From: Gekko japonicus
Taxonomy: Eukaryota
Length of the DNA: 59,958 nt
Assembly: GCF_001447785.1 (NCBI RefSeq)
Contig: NW_015165871.1
Span: forward strand, 1 to 59,958
Reading direction: 5' to 3'
Made by a program: the position numbers and the translations under genes. The notes under the pieces were generated by a model that was given only the letters and a program-made list of their open reading frames with translations, was not told where the DNA came from and ran no database searches. Below, piece after piece: positions 11,713 to 29,600 of this stretch (position 1 is its first letter; each line of letters begins with the position of its first letter).

Positions 11713-14348
11713 TATCAGCTCTTTAAAAAAATGTACAATTTGCAGATGACAATATTAATGTAAAACAAAACATGTAAAACCCAGCCATTTAAGTAACCCA
11801 CAATAAATTAACAGGAAGCTTGTAGCTACCCACCCCAAAGAATCTCCTCTGTGTTTCATTAGCTCACCACTTCTTGTACCAGTATTAGTGTTACTTTTTG
11901 TTCCCAAAGTCTCAAGAAAGGCTCTCACTTTTAAAAAGGCTGCTTCTTTTTAGACAACTTCCAAGCAACACGGAGACCTTTGCCCCCCCTCCTCCCGCAG
12001 AGGAGACGATGTTCGATGCTAGACTACTCCACGCATGGCAGGTGCCCCTAAAAAGTGAGGGCACTGGGCCCCAACATCGCCCACGGCCAAAGTTTTTAAA
12101 AAAGAGCTTCCTGCCAAAGGACACTTTAAGCCCTGTCTTCCTTTGTTGCTTACAGGAGCAAGGAATTACGCTCCCCCGCCCCACACACACACACCGAGGC
12201 CCCACCCCATAGCAGAGCCCCAGCCGGCTGCCTCCCGGGTCTGGAGTTCCACCCACAGACAACACACAGCCTGTTTCAGTTTGGTCATCACCCATTTCCT
12301 CCCTCGGGAGATGTACCTCTCCTGACATCCAGTGCGATGACGCTGGGCTTTCTGAATGTCAGGCCACTTAACTACGTGCTGGATTTCGTGGTGCTGAGGT
12401 CTCTGCCCCTCCCCTTGAGAACCCTGTCCTCCTGGCCCCAGGGGCCCTGGGCACAACTCACCACTACGTCCAGAATCAGTCCGTCCCCGCCCCCCCCAAT
12501 GGTTCCAAGGCACAGTTTTGGGTTCCAAGATGTGCAAACGGGGGCTGGGGGCTCAAAGCTGCTCCCTGGAGCCAGCGGAAGGTGTTCCAAGCAAGCCACG
12601 GAGGCTCTGGGCACTCCACCCCGTCATGCCAGGGCCCCTAGTCCCAGGGCCCCCCCCCCGGCCCCACCTGCTCCTCCTCCTCGAAGGAGCCACCTGTCGA
12701 AAGACACCCCCGGGTCCCGTTGCGGAGGGGAGCCGAGCACGCGCCCTAGAGCCCTGCAGCCAAAAGGGTGCCCGAAGAGCCTGGCGGCACGCCCCCACTG
12801 AACGTGCAGCAACTGAGGAGAGGCCGCGCTCCGGTCACCCACGGCAGGACCGGCAGAGCCGCCCTCCAGCTCCCAAGCCACGGGGCACTGGGAACCAGGC
12901 CAAGCATCAGCGGGAGGGAGCGTCACCTGCACACGGCACCCCGGCCCCAGAACAGACACTCTCCTCTCTGCCCATTCCCCGGCATTGCCACTCCGGCGGC
13001 CACACCCGGCGGCAGTGGTGGCAGCAGCAGAAGAGCACGGGGATGCCTCAAAACACTTCCCCCCCAATCGCCCTCCAGTCCTGCTTCTGAAACAGCTCAT
13101 GCCCAAAGGGGTGTGTGGGGGCAATGGCACCCAAAAGGGCATCACTGGTGCAGCTCTTACTCCCCCCTCCCCCCCCCGGTGGCTCTGGGCACAGCCCTGC
13201 CCTCTCCGTGGGGGCCAAGACTGGACTCTTGTTCCAGGCCGAGACCTCAGAGCAGCTGCTCCAGGCACCCGGCAGGCAACTTCCTTGGCTCGGCCAGCAC
13301 AGGCGGCAGCTGCCCACCTCTAACCCCCCCTTCCTCCAGCTCCATCAGGAGGCCGGCGGCACTTCCCACCAGAGGGGGCTTTCCTCCCGGGTCACAGGAG
13401 TCGGGCTTCCCACTTCTGCTTCCAAGCACAGAGCAGGGTGGGACACACGTCCGAGTGCCTGGCCATGCTCCCAGCAGGCCATCCCCTGCCTCTAGTGCTG
13501 AAAAGGGAGGGGGGGGGGAGGAGGAGGAGGGGAAAAACAGGCCCAGAAACAGCTCTCCCCCCACCCGCTCCAGGCCAAGCAGTCCCTACTGTTGGGGAAG
13601 GGGCGGCCCCAGCAGGCCGAGAGCGAGCCCCTGACTGCCTGTTAGAAGTGACCAGTTAGGAACACCACAGATATTGCAAAGTTCAAGTATTGCTGCTTGT
13701 AAAAGCAAAGTGAAACGTTAACTCAGTAAGCTGTAACTAAGTAGGTAAGGTATGTAAGCTGACCTGGGGAGACTGCTGGTGGAGATAACTACGATGAGGG
13801 AGTCTTTAATCTGTTCTGACTGGCTGTTCTGAAGGAGGGTTCACCTGCATTCCTCTCAACGTCCTGTCCTCTTCTACCGACTTCTTCTCCTTCTGCCTAC
13901 TGACCGAGAGCACGCGGCCTGTTTGATGCCGGGGATGTGCTTTCTGAGTAAAAGCAGGTTTTGCTGTCACTACAAAGTTTAAACTACACACGGTGTCGAC
14001 TCAACCAGCACTGTCTCTGTCCAGCGGCCTGGGACCTTGTGGCCCTCACGGGGGGGGGGCCTTGCTGCACCCTTGCTCAGGCCACAGCTGGGAAGGCACA
14101 CCAGAGGCACTCGCCAGCCAGTTGCCCACAGGGAAGGCAGCGCGGCTGGGCGGAGGGACGCCAGTGGGGCCGGGCACAGGCCGGCGTGGGAGTCAAGGGC
14201 ACAAAGCGCCTGAGGAGCATCTCCTGCCCCACGGAGAAGGGGGGGGCGGAGCGTCTGAACCCGAGGAGCTCAAGGAGCGCCAGAGAAGACTGACATCTGT
14301 ACCCAGCCCACCACCGCCACGCTCTGCACCAGCCGCTGCGCACACGAA

Positions 14349-14620
14349 GAAGAAGAAACAGAGATTGGACTGAAACCCTGCCCTTCACCCAGAGCCTCAG
14401 AGCGGCTTCCTCTCACCCTCCCTTCCCATACCCACAACGGGCACCCTGTGAAGCAGGCGGGGCTGAGAGAGCTCCGAGAGAACTGCTCCAAGAGAACTGA
14501 GACTGGCTCAAGGCCACCCAGCTGGCTGCATGCGGAGGAGGAGGAGTGGGGGACTCAGACCCGGCTCTCCAGATGAGCTGCCACCGCCGCTGGGACTCTG
14601 GGCCGCCCACGCCCTCCTCC
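14349..14620 (-). mobile_element. tRNA-derived SINE (Squam3-like)
   Basis: gaagaagaagaaacagagattggac...caccctgtga...ggggctgagagagctc body shared with other copies. Confidence 0.7.
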
Positions 14621-15439
14621 ACGCAGGCCCCGCTTCCTCCACAGAACACTTTTACGACACAACTTCTACGCACGAGATGAGACGCGGCCCCCCCCTGCCT
14701 GGAAACACCAAGCGTTTGGGATTCCTGCACCCCCAGCTCCCTGGCCCCTCACCTGCTGCAGGATCCCACCTCCCCCTCACATTCACTCTGCTNNNNNNNN
14801 NNNNNNNNNNNNNNNNNNNNNNNNNNNNNNNNNNNNNNNNNNNNNNNNNNNNNNNNNNNNNNNNNNNNNNNNNNNNNNNNNNNNNNNNNNNNNNNNNNNN
14901 NNNNNNNNNNNNNNNNNNNNNNNNNNNNNNNNNNNNNNNNNNNNNNNNNNNNNNNNNNNNNNNNNNNNNNNNNNNNNNNNNNNNNNNNNNNNNNNNNNNN
15001 NNNNNNNNNNNNNNNNNNNNNNNNNNNNNNNNNNNNNNNNNNNNNNNNNNNNNNNNNNNNNNNNNNNNNNNNNNNNNNNNNNNNNNNNNNNNNNNNNNNN
15101 NNNNNNNNNNNNNNNNNNNNNNNNNNNNNNNNNNNNNNNNNNNNNNNNNNNNNNNNNNNNNNNNNNNNNNNNNNNNNNNNNNNNNNNNNNNNNNNNNNNN
15201 NNNNNNNNNNNNNNNNNNNNNNNNNNNNNNNNNNNNNNNNNNNNNNNNNNNNNNNNNNNNNNNNNNNNNNNNNNNNNNNNNNNNNNNNNNNNNNNNNNNN
15301 NNNNNNNNNNNNNNNNNNNNNNNNNNNNNNNNNNNNNNNNNNNNNNNNNNNNNNNNNNNNNNNNNNNNNNNNNNNNNNNNNGGGGGAAACTGGCCCACAT
15401 CTGTTCATCTGCCTGGATTGTATGTGTGTGGGGGGTGGG

Positions 15440-16110
15440 GTGGGGAGTCTCTCAGACATTGTGAGAAACCAACAAGAAAGGCAAAAACCACGCTGGAGAA
15501 CATTTGGAAAGGGACTGAGAATAAAACGGCTGAGGCTGTAATGCTCCTGTGGAGATCTACGGTGTGGCCACCACACGTGGAATGCCGCCTACAGTTCTGG
15601 TCACCGTATCTCAAAAAGGAGCCTGCAGGGCTGGAAAAAGCGCAGAGGAGGGCGACCAAGACGATTTGGGGGTTGGAGCCCCTTCCCCACGAGGAAAGGC
15701 TGAAGAAGAGTCTCTGGGGCTTCCCACTTTAGGAAAGTGACAACCGGGGGGGGGGGGGGGGGGACAATGCAACAGGAGCTGTGCCTCCCTCTTCTCCTGA
15801 CAGTACAGCTTGAGGGCACCCAACAAAGTCAATCAGCATCAGAGGTGCAGGACAGCAACAGGAAGTACCTCTTTACTTAACGGCTAACTGAATTCTGAAA
15901 TCTGCTGTCAGTCAACATGGTGACGGCGACGAGCAGAGATGGCTTTAAAGGGGGGTTAAACAGATTCACAGAGGTGAGGTCCACCAGCTTTGGGTACTAG
16001 CTTTGGTGAGTGAAGGGAACCTCCCCATTCAGAGGCAGCATGCCTCCGAATGCCAGGCCTAAGAGACAACATCAGCAGACGGCCTTGGCCTCTATGCCCC
16101 ATTGGCTGGT
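15440..16110 (+). mobile_element. Diverged CR1 LINE 3' fragment
   Basis: Translation KGTENKTAEAVMLLWRSTVWPPHVECRLQFWSPYLKKE...LEKAQRRATK; frameshifted. Confidence 0.8.
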
Positions 16111-16388
16111 CTTCCAGGGCCACTGGCTGGCCCGTGTGGGAAAGGATGTTGGCCGAAGTATCCCAGTCTGACACTCCAGGCACTACATCGCTCCGCCTCT
16201 CAAAAGTATTTCCGCCCCCCTCCCTCCCCCAATACATCGCCTATACTCCATATTTTCCTCAACATGTCTAGAACTTCTGCATCTGTAGGGAAGCTCTCCC
16301 AGCACAGGATCCCACCCTCCCCCCAAGAGAAGAAGAGAGGCAAGAGCACCGACGGCTGGCATCGGCCCACCAGCCCCAGGACACTCAC

Positions 16389-21566
<5,178 letters not shown>

Positions 21567-24500
21567 CTGAGGAAGGAAGGAAGAAGGAAGGCAAAACCTG
21601 AGTGCTCCGTCTCCTCGCTGGAGGAGGACCCTGGCACACCCGGGGAAGGCCCCTCCCCAGGAGACACCACGTGAGGAGGAGAGATGGCAGCGGCAGCATC
21701 ACTCCGTGAATCCCGGGATCCAGAGCAGTGCAGTAATGGTGTCCCTGGCTCAGCCTCCGCTCTCCCACTCTGAAAAGGGAGCAGGTGGTTCTGCCGCAGG
21801 AGTCCAGCAGAACCGAGGCGGAAGAACAGGTTCTGGCTGCTTCACACCCCAACTGTCAAAAGACCCAGTGAGAACAGGCACATTTCTAAATCTCACAAAT
21901 ATGCCAGAGAGCAAAACTGCACGTGATGCATTCTGTGTTGTTTAAGCTGCAAAAAAAGCCCCCAATCAACGGCTTCCAAGTTATTAGAAGTTTTAGGAAC
22001 CCTGTGCCTCTCACGTTGCAACAAGGCAGCCGAGGATTCGGGGGTGGTGTTCAGCCTGCCAACGACCAAAGGGAGCCAGCGAGGAGGGACCGTGCAGAGG
22101 GGCCCCACCCAGGACAAAGTCTGCCTGTGTCTGGGCGGGGAGCCATCAGCAGGAGCCGCTCTGCCTGCCTTCTGTCCTCCGTGTCAAAGGGCCCTGCGCT
22201 TTCCCTAGAAGACTCACCTGCACATTTATTTAGCCAGCTGCCTGGTGAGGCAGTCGAGACTCTGAACTAGGGCCCGGCTGCTGCAATTACAGGGCTGAGG
22301 ATAAACAAGCCGGAGCGGAATCCTGACAAGACCAAAGAAATGCCAGCTGGGAAGGCCGAGGTTGTGAGGGATGGGAGGCTCCCCACTTTTGGTGGGGTCC
22401 CGCTGACTTGGTCAGCGGCCACAGAGTGACCACTCATCCAGCTTGATCACTGGCTGCAAAAAAAGTCATTTGGCCCATTCCACGGAGCTCAGAAAACGGC
22501 CCCTGACCTTGATTCAGGTGATCTGGCCATGTCAATCTGGGGCTAGACTACCGCAGCGCCCTCTGGAAGGGCCTGCCCATCAAGACCGCTCAGGAACTCC
22601 AGCTGGTCCTTCTGGGCACGGAGCAGAACCTACACATAGACACCTACACCTGTCTGCAGCGACTCCGCGGGCTACTGGTCACGCCATGGCTTCCATTGGA
22701 GAGTAACTGTCACCCGCAAGGCCCTGAAGGACCCCCGGAGCACCCAGAACACAGGGCCTCCATCTGCAAGGTCCAGGGGGGTGGCCCTGGAGCAAAACTG
22801 CAAAGCTTGGGTCCCAGGGGAACCTTTCAAGACCCCCGAAGTTTGATTCTGGGCACAAGCTTTGGTGCCCACCTACGTGAAAGACAGACGTTGGAAAAGA
22901 CCTTCGCCGTTCTGCACGCTAACTGAGCCAGCTCCCTGCCTGATCCGTAACTCCACTCCGTTGTGGGGAGGAGAAGGGCCCTCGGGTGTCCTCAAAGGCG
23001 CCAGGCCGGACTCAGACCTGGTCCCCCTGAGCTGTGCTGCGCGTGGGCGGACAGTGGACTCAGCCGAGGTCCCCGGCGGCGGCGGCGGCGGAACGGCACC
23101 CTGGCCGGAGGAGGAGGAGGAGCGAAGCCGCCGCGGCACACGGGAGAGGGGACTCCTCTGGGGCGGGGAGGCTTCGCGGCGGGGACGGTCCGGCCNNNNN
23201 NNNNNNNNNNNNNNNNNNNNNNNNNNNNNNNNNNNNNNNNNNNNNNNNNNNNNNNNNNNNNNNNNNNNNNNNNNNNNNNNNNNNNNNNNNNNNNNNNNNN
23301 NNNNNNNNNNNNNNNNNNNNNNNNNNNNNNNNNNNNNNNNNNNNNNNNNNNNNNNNNNNNNNNNNNNNNNNNNNNNNNNNNNNNNNNNNNNNNNNNNNNN
23401 NNNNNNNNNNNNNNNNNNNNNNNNNNNNNNNNNNNNNNNNNNNNNNNNNNNNNNNNNNNNNNNNNNNNNNNNNNNNNNNNNNNNNNNNNNNNNNNNNNNN
23501 NNNNNNNNNNNNNNNNNNNNNNNNNNNNNNNNNNNNNNNNNNNNNNNNNNNNNNNNNNNNNNNNNNNNNNNNNNNNNNNNNNNNNNNNNNNNNNNNNNNN
23601 NNNNNNNNNNNNNNNNNNNNNNNNNNNNNNNNNNNNNNNNNNNNNNNNNNNNNNNNNNNNNNNNNNNNNNNNNNNNNNNNNNNNNNNNNNNNNNNNNNNN
23701 NNNNNNNNNNNNNNNNNNNNNNNNNNNNNNNNNNNNNNNNNNNNNNNNNNNNNNNNNNNNNNNNNNNNNNNNNNNNNNNNNNNNNNNNNNNNNNNNNNNN
23801 NNNNNNNNNNNNNNNNNNNNNNNNNNNNNNNNNNNNNNNNNNNNNNNNNNNNNNNNNNNNNNNNNNNNNNNNNNNNNNNNNNNNNNNNNNNNNNNNNNNN
23901 NNNNNNNNNNNNNNNNNNNNNNNNNNNNNNNNNNNNNNNNNNNNNNNNNNNNNNNNNNNNNNNNNNNNNNNNNNNNNNNNNNNNNNNNNNNNNNNNNNNN
24001 NNNNNNNNNNNNNNNNNNNNNNNNNNNNGGACCTGACGGGCTTCCCGGTGGCGCCCGGGCTGGGGAGACGGTGGGCGCTCCTGTCAGCGCCCCAGCCAGC
24101 GGACCCCTGGGAGGAGGAGGAGGAGGAGGCCTGGGCAGTCCGCGGGTTTCCTGGAAAACGCCGAGGGGAGGGGCAGCAACAGCAGAGGCAGCCAGCCAGA
24201 GGACAGTAAGCGGCAGCCTGTCACCACGAGCCCACGGCCCCTACTCTGCGACGGAGGGGGCCAGGAACCCTCGTCCTTCCTCACCACCGCGTCCAGGCGG
24301 CACAGGCCTGTGGGGCCTCTTGAGATCTGGCCCACAAGAGGAGGGGGCATTCTTTGGATGTGTGTGGCCTACCAGTGGCTTACATGACCTTTGCCCTTCC
24401 TGGCTGCTTAAATCTGCGGGGGGGGGGCTGTTGTCAAGGAGGTGATGGGAAAGACCCCGGAGAGCGGCTGCCAGTCTGAGTGGACAAGAACAAGCATGCT

Positions 24501-25390
24501 GGACGGGGTGGGGGGGGGATCCAATTCAGGACGAGGCCGCTCCCTGTGGGACCCACCTGGATCTGCTGATGTGGCTCAGTGGAACAGCCTCTGCTTGGCA
24601 TGCAGAAGGCCCCAAACGCACCCTCTGGCTCCTCCAGGTGAAAGGACCAGGCAGCGGGTGATGTGAGAGATCTCCCCCCCACACACACACCCTGGAGGGA
24701 ATGGTGCTTCCAGTCTGAGCAGACAAGACTGACCAATGATGGACGGGAGGGGGGAGGCTCTGGCTCAGGAGGAGGCCGTTCCATGGCATCCTCCTCTGAC
24801 CACCACACCTCCTACCGCCAGCCAGTCCTTCAACTGTGGCACGCCATCCGTCCTCACCACAGCCCACTACTGCAGAAGTATTTGAGAGGGTGGAGGGATT
24901 CGGAACACGCGCTGTGAGCTCTGTGCAGACCCACTCGGGAGAGACTCTCCCAGCCGGTGCCCCAGCCCTCTTAACGTGTTCACTTTCTGGGAGAGGACTG
25001 TGGTGGAATTCTACCCAAGCAGCTGGGGCCTAAATGGACTCCCAGTGGCTTCCAACCCAAGCCGTTTCTCCCAGGGAAAGTGACGCAGAGGGGCAGGAGA
25101 AGGCTCGACAGGGGCCCAGGAGCACTTCAGAGACCCACCAGACTTGGAGGTTATCTGCTTTTGAGGCGCTCAAAGCTCCCTGTGGCCAGGCACAGGCAAC
25201 GCACCCGGCGGAAGGACCCCAGCCTCTCAAGCACCGCTGATGCCGCCCTGGAAGTCTCACTGGTTTCTGAGGTGCTCCTGGACTCCTCTCTCGAGCCCTT
25301 CTGCCACTGTCCAACTGGGCTGCCAACCCGGGACCAGCCCCAGCCCCCGCGGGGTGTGTGTGTGTGTGAAGGGAGCTCCTCACCCAGCAC

Positions 25391-25540
25391 CAATGTTCCC
25401 TCTAAGCTGTGGAGTCCTGTGAGCAAAGATTCTACTTTGTGAGCTACTGGCATTAAAGTTGTGAGCGAGCAATTTGGCTATTGCATAAATTAGTTTGCTC
25501 TGGAGCTATCTTTCCTGAGCTAAGACAAAAATCTGNNNNN
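25391..25540. mobile_element. hAT-type MITE fragment (same family as 29194 and 45552)
   Basis: Starts caatgttccctctaagctgtggagtcctgtgagcaaa; runs into gap. Confidence 0.7.
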
Positions 25541-25849
25541 NNNNNNNNNNNNNNNNNNNNNNNNNNNNNNNNNNNNNCGCTTGAAGGGAACCCTGCCCAG
25601 CAAACCCCCCCCCCAGGGGCCAGAGGAGTGACACAACAGCCCCCCCCCCGGTGCTCCACAGTCTCTTTCTTCACTGAGAGTTCTCCTTCCTGGCTGAAAC
25701 TACTTGGTATAAAACGGTGCAGTCAAAGAGCGTGAGAGACTGTGGGTCTGGCGGTCTCTGTGGTTCAGGGGGCAAACGCCTGCATTCTTCTTTTAAGCCC
25801 TGCCTCCCTCTCCCCCCCTCCCCACCCCAATGGGGATGGCAAGGCAGCT

Positions 25850-26005
25850 CACATTCTTCTCCTCTCCCCCATTTAATCCTCACAACAACCACCCTGTGAG
25901 GCAGGCCGGGCTTAGAGTGTGCCTGACCCAAGGTCACCCAGCAGGCTTCCATCCATGGCAGTGTGGGGATTCGAACCGGGACCTCCCAGATCCTAGTGCA
26001 ACACT
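25850..26005 (-). mobile_element. MIR/Squam-like SINE fragment
   Basis: ttaatcctcacaacaaccaccctgtgagg core and ggggattcgaacc B-box-like sequence. Confidence 0.6.
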
Positions 26006-26344
26006 TTCACACACACACACACACACCCAGAGGCTGCCCGGAGCATCTCCAGACTTTGGACAGACCAATGCCCCAACTTCACCGGAGGCAGCCGTATCTG
26101 TTTTCCCAACAGCCCTTGAGAATCGGTCAGGAACCCTCCTCCCCACCTTGGGGGACCCAGGAGGCGTGGGGTCTTTCTTCCAGGCAGCTTGTCGAGCTGC
26201 ATGATTCCAGCTGCATGATCGTAGGATTCCAATCCGAACAGGCTGCGTGTCCTTCCAGAGGGCCTGCTGGGGCCACATATCAGGGCTCGGCTGTAGCATA
26301 ATAAGGAGGTGCTCCCACATGGGCAAGTGAGAATTTGAGTCATG

Positions 26345-26350
26345 TTTATT
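26345..26350 (-). terminator. AUP1: AUP1 polyadenylation signal
   Basis: AATAAA on the minus strand ~230 bp past the stop codon. Confidence 0.6.
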
Positions 26351-26581
26351 TTTGATAGCGAAAGCCTCCCTGTTTGCCCCCCCCCCCCAGCAGGCTCCGG
26401 GGCCCTCCAGTGCTGTGCTGAGTCCAGGGCCTGGAGCGAAAGCACGGGTGGCCTGGGACCCAGGTGCCTTCTTCCCTCGCCACTGAGCTGTGGTCACAGG
26501 CCGCTAATTGTACACGGCAGCCATCCACGCCAAGAGCCACCACCGTCCACGAGAAGGAGCGTGATCTGCTCAGCAGTTCCC

Positions 26582-26618
26582 CTAGCTCTGGGGCATCCCG
26601 TGCTTCTCTGTGTATCTC
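26582..26618 (-). CDS. AUP1: AUP1 exon 12 (terminal coding)
   Basis: RYTEKHGMPQS* after a CAG acceptor. Confidence 0.85.
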
Positions 26619-29600
26619 CTGCGGAGGGAAGGGAAGCCGCCTGAGGCAGTGGCCGGCAGAGGGAGGGACAGCACCGCAAGCCCTCCCTGCCCCCCCCACC
26701 GATGGGGGGCCCCAGGCTCACCTCCTGGCGTAGTCAAAGAGCGCATGCTTCCGGTCCTGCAGGGAGAGGTGCCTTGCCTCTGGGGACCGGGCAAAAACCT
26801 TCAGGGGCAGCTGCACACAGGAAACAGAGGAAGGGGAAGATGAAGTCACCCAAGGCTCCCCCACACAACCCCCTCCCCCCCGTGCATGCTTGCTTTCTCC
26901 TCCCCTGCCCCTAAAGGTGGTCTGCACGTACTGTGGCCGGAGGAGGAGACGCAGGGGACTGAGCGTTGGGGACCGACGGACCAGGCAAGGGAGGCTCCTC
27001 TTCTGCCTCGCCGGGGGTGAAGGGAACCCGCCCCTCCAGCAGGTTGGCAATGGTGGCAACCATGGGGCGGGGGGGGGGGGGGAGAAAGGCAGGCCGCGCG
27101 TGAGGGGCCTGGGGGGGAGGACTCCCTTCGAACACCATCATGGCTCTCGGGGCTGGAGTCCTCTCCCCTCGGTCCAGTGCTCTAGAAGCCCCGAGCCCGT
27201 CCCCGGCTCACTGCCGATGGCCCTGCACGATGCTGAACTGCTCCCTCCTTCCGCCAGGCAACAGGAGTGCTCAGAGAGCCCCTGCTCAGGCGGCAGCTGC
27301 GGCCTCAACTTCAGTTCCACAAGCACGACTGGGGAGGGGAGGGGGGCAGGAGAGAAGGAGAGAAAAAGCCTTCTGGTAGGAAACAGATCTGCGGCACAAG
27401 GGGACATTATTGCAGGAGTAGCCAAGTGTGGGTTTCCCACAAAAGACTGACAGGGTCTTGTGGAACCACAACACCTCCACCTTAGCATCTGACAAAGTGG
27501 GCACAGGAACAAATGCTGAAATAAGCAGCCCTCAAAGCACTTGCAGAGTGACCCCCACCCTGGCATTCCCCCCCCCCAATCACGGCCTCACAGAGGAGGT
27601 CAGGCAGGCAGGAGGGGTCTGCCACCCGGAGACTGCATCACTCGCCTTGCAGGGAAATGAGCCTCCGCCAAGGCCTCAAAGCTGTTATTATACCAGATTA
27701 TTTCTGGCTGTGTTTAACCTTCCCCGCCCCCTTCCTGGGTTTAAATCAACAGTGAATTCATTGACTATACTGATAGTTTATTCTCATTATATGATTTTAT
27801 GGTATGCTGCTTTGCAGGTTTCTACTGATAACAGTAGTTGATTTAAATCATCTACAGAAAACAAAACTGAAGTCCAACGGCACCTTGCCAAGACCGACAA
27901 AAGCTACTCAAGCATAAACTTTGGTAAGGCAGAGCTCTGCCAGGCAGGTCCTCGAAACGCAGACTCGGGTCGGTGTCCTCCTGCACACCTGATCAAGTGA
28001 GGCCTGGTTCATGGAAACTCGAGGAGGATTAAATCCTGTATTTAAGGTGCTGCTCGTGGTCTCCTGTGTAATCCCACTACAAAAGACTAATGTGGCCGCC
28101 TCTGGTGCCGACGTGAACGCTAGACGATTCATGTCCACTTCCAACTGACTCCCCTCTGACTGTCCCGCCTCACTGATGTTTTCCTTGGTCTGCAGTACCC
28201 GGAATGGGACATCGGGCTTCACCTTGCAGAGTCACCGACCTGCAGAAACCCTCCCCCTGTCGCCTCACCTGGCTCCCCGCCCGTCATCCGCTCACTCACC
28301 CAAGTCCTTGCGAATGACTGCCAGGGGCACGTGAGGCAGGACCTCCTTGACACGCTGAGCCATGCCCATCAAGCGCGGGTCCCCTGCGGGGGGAGAGCTG
28401 GAGGAAGCCTGAGGCCGGGCTGCCAAGGGCTGACTCGGGACTGAGAGAGAGATGGGCGGAACTTGAGCGTTTGCTGAAAACTGTGCTTGCTCTGCCCAGG
28501 CTCCACTTCCAGAGCATTTGCGGGGCACAGCCACCTCCCCCACCCCCACCCCCGGTGCTGTTTCCCACAGGAAGAGTCAACCCACGCCTCTGGGGGGGAA
28601 ATCCCCATCCCCGCCCCCGGGCGGGCTTCTATAAACCAGAGCTCAGACGGGCCCCCAAGGCCAGGACTGGGGCCAGCTGCTCACCCAACGAGCAAAGGGG
28701 TGGTTATGTTGCCGGGCACGAGGTGGGAAGAACTACTCACCTGGGGCATAGGGAACTGGAGGGCTGTGGCGCAGCCGCTTCAGGTGCTCTGCTTTGTCAG
28801 TGGCCGTGACCCGTGTCGATGCCACACCCAGCTCCAAGGCCAGGAGCTGCAAGAGGGAGAGAGGTCAACAGGGATGCTCCCTCCTGCCTAACAGCAGGGG
28901 CCCCCCAACCAGTAGGACGGGGTGTGGAACAGCGAGGGCAGTGGGCACCACAGCAACACGGCTGCCTTGGGGGCTTCTGTCCTGACCTCTTGGACTCGAA
29001 GAGCCAGCTCCTCCCGGGTCTCCTCAGCTCGTCTGCAGACTGAAGGGAGCCACCTGCACCGGGCAAAAGAAAGAAAGAAAGCCAAAATGAATGCACGGGC
29101 AACGAACTGGTTCTCTTTCTCCACGCAAGTGTAAAGGGACCCTTCTTCTCAAGAGCTCAAGGACACGGGGACGATGGAGCTGGCACTCCTTAGCAGTGTT
29201 CCCTCTAAGCTGAGTTAGTGTGAGCTGGCTCACAGTTTTTTAGCCTCTGGCTCACACGTCGTTGTCTCGGCTCAGGAAGGAGGGATCCAGAGCAAACTTA
29301 TTGATGCAGGGGCCAAATCGCTCGCTCACAACTTTAATGCCAAAAGTAGAGTTTTTGCTCAGAAGTCTCTGCAGCTTAGAGGGAGCGTTGCTCCTTAGTA
29401 TATGCTTCCAAAAGCTCCTCTCCTCCCTCCCCCAAAAAGTTAGAGAGAATTAGTACCTTACTTGATAAATGGTGAAGGGAACAAAGAAAGTCCAGAGCAG
29501 CTCAGTCACCCAGGAGGCATCAGCCGAGCTCTTCAGAGAGAGAGAGAGGGAAAGGAAACGGTAAAAAGCCCCGGAGGGACCGGTTCAAGCACACTCGTCC

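Noticed and set aside
12323-12361. TGACAT...CGATGA...CTGA ATGTCA resembling a C/D box snoRNA with a terminal stem
   Set aside because: Only ~39 nt with an imperfect C box and no room for guide sequences
13247-13564. Minus ORF containing LLMELEE as a candidate DQX1 last exon
   Set aside because: No LAP.Y..SNLP motif or suitable acceptor; the last exon more likely lies in gap 14793-15381
14749-14792. QSECEGEVGSCSR* as the DQX1 C-terminus emerging from the gap
   Set aside because: The position is plausible but the frame cannot be fixed and similarity is not recognisable
22862-24445. Long ORFs spanning N runs (also near 10 kb, 15 kb, 31 kb and 42 kb)
   Set aside because: Artefacts of translating assembly gaps
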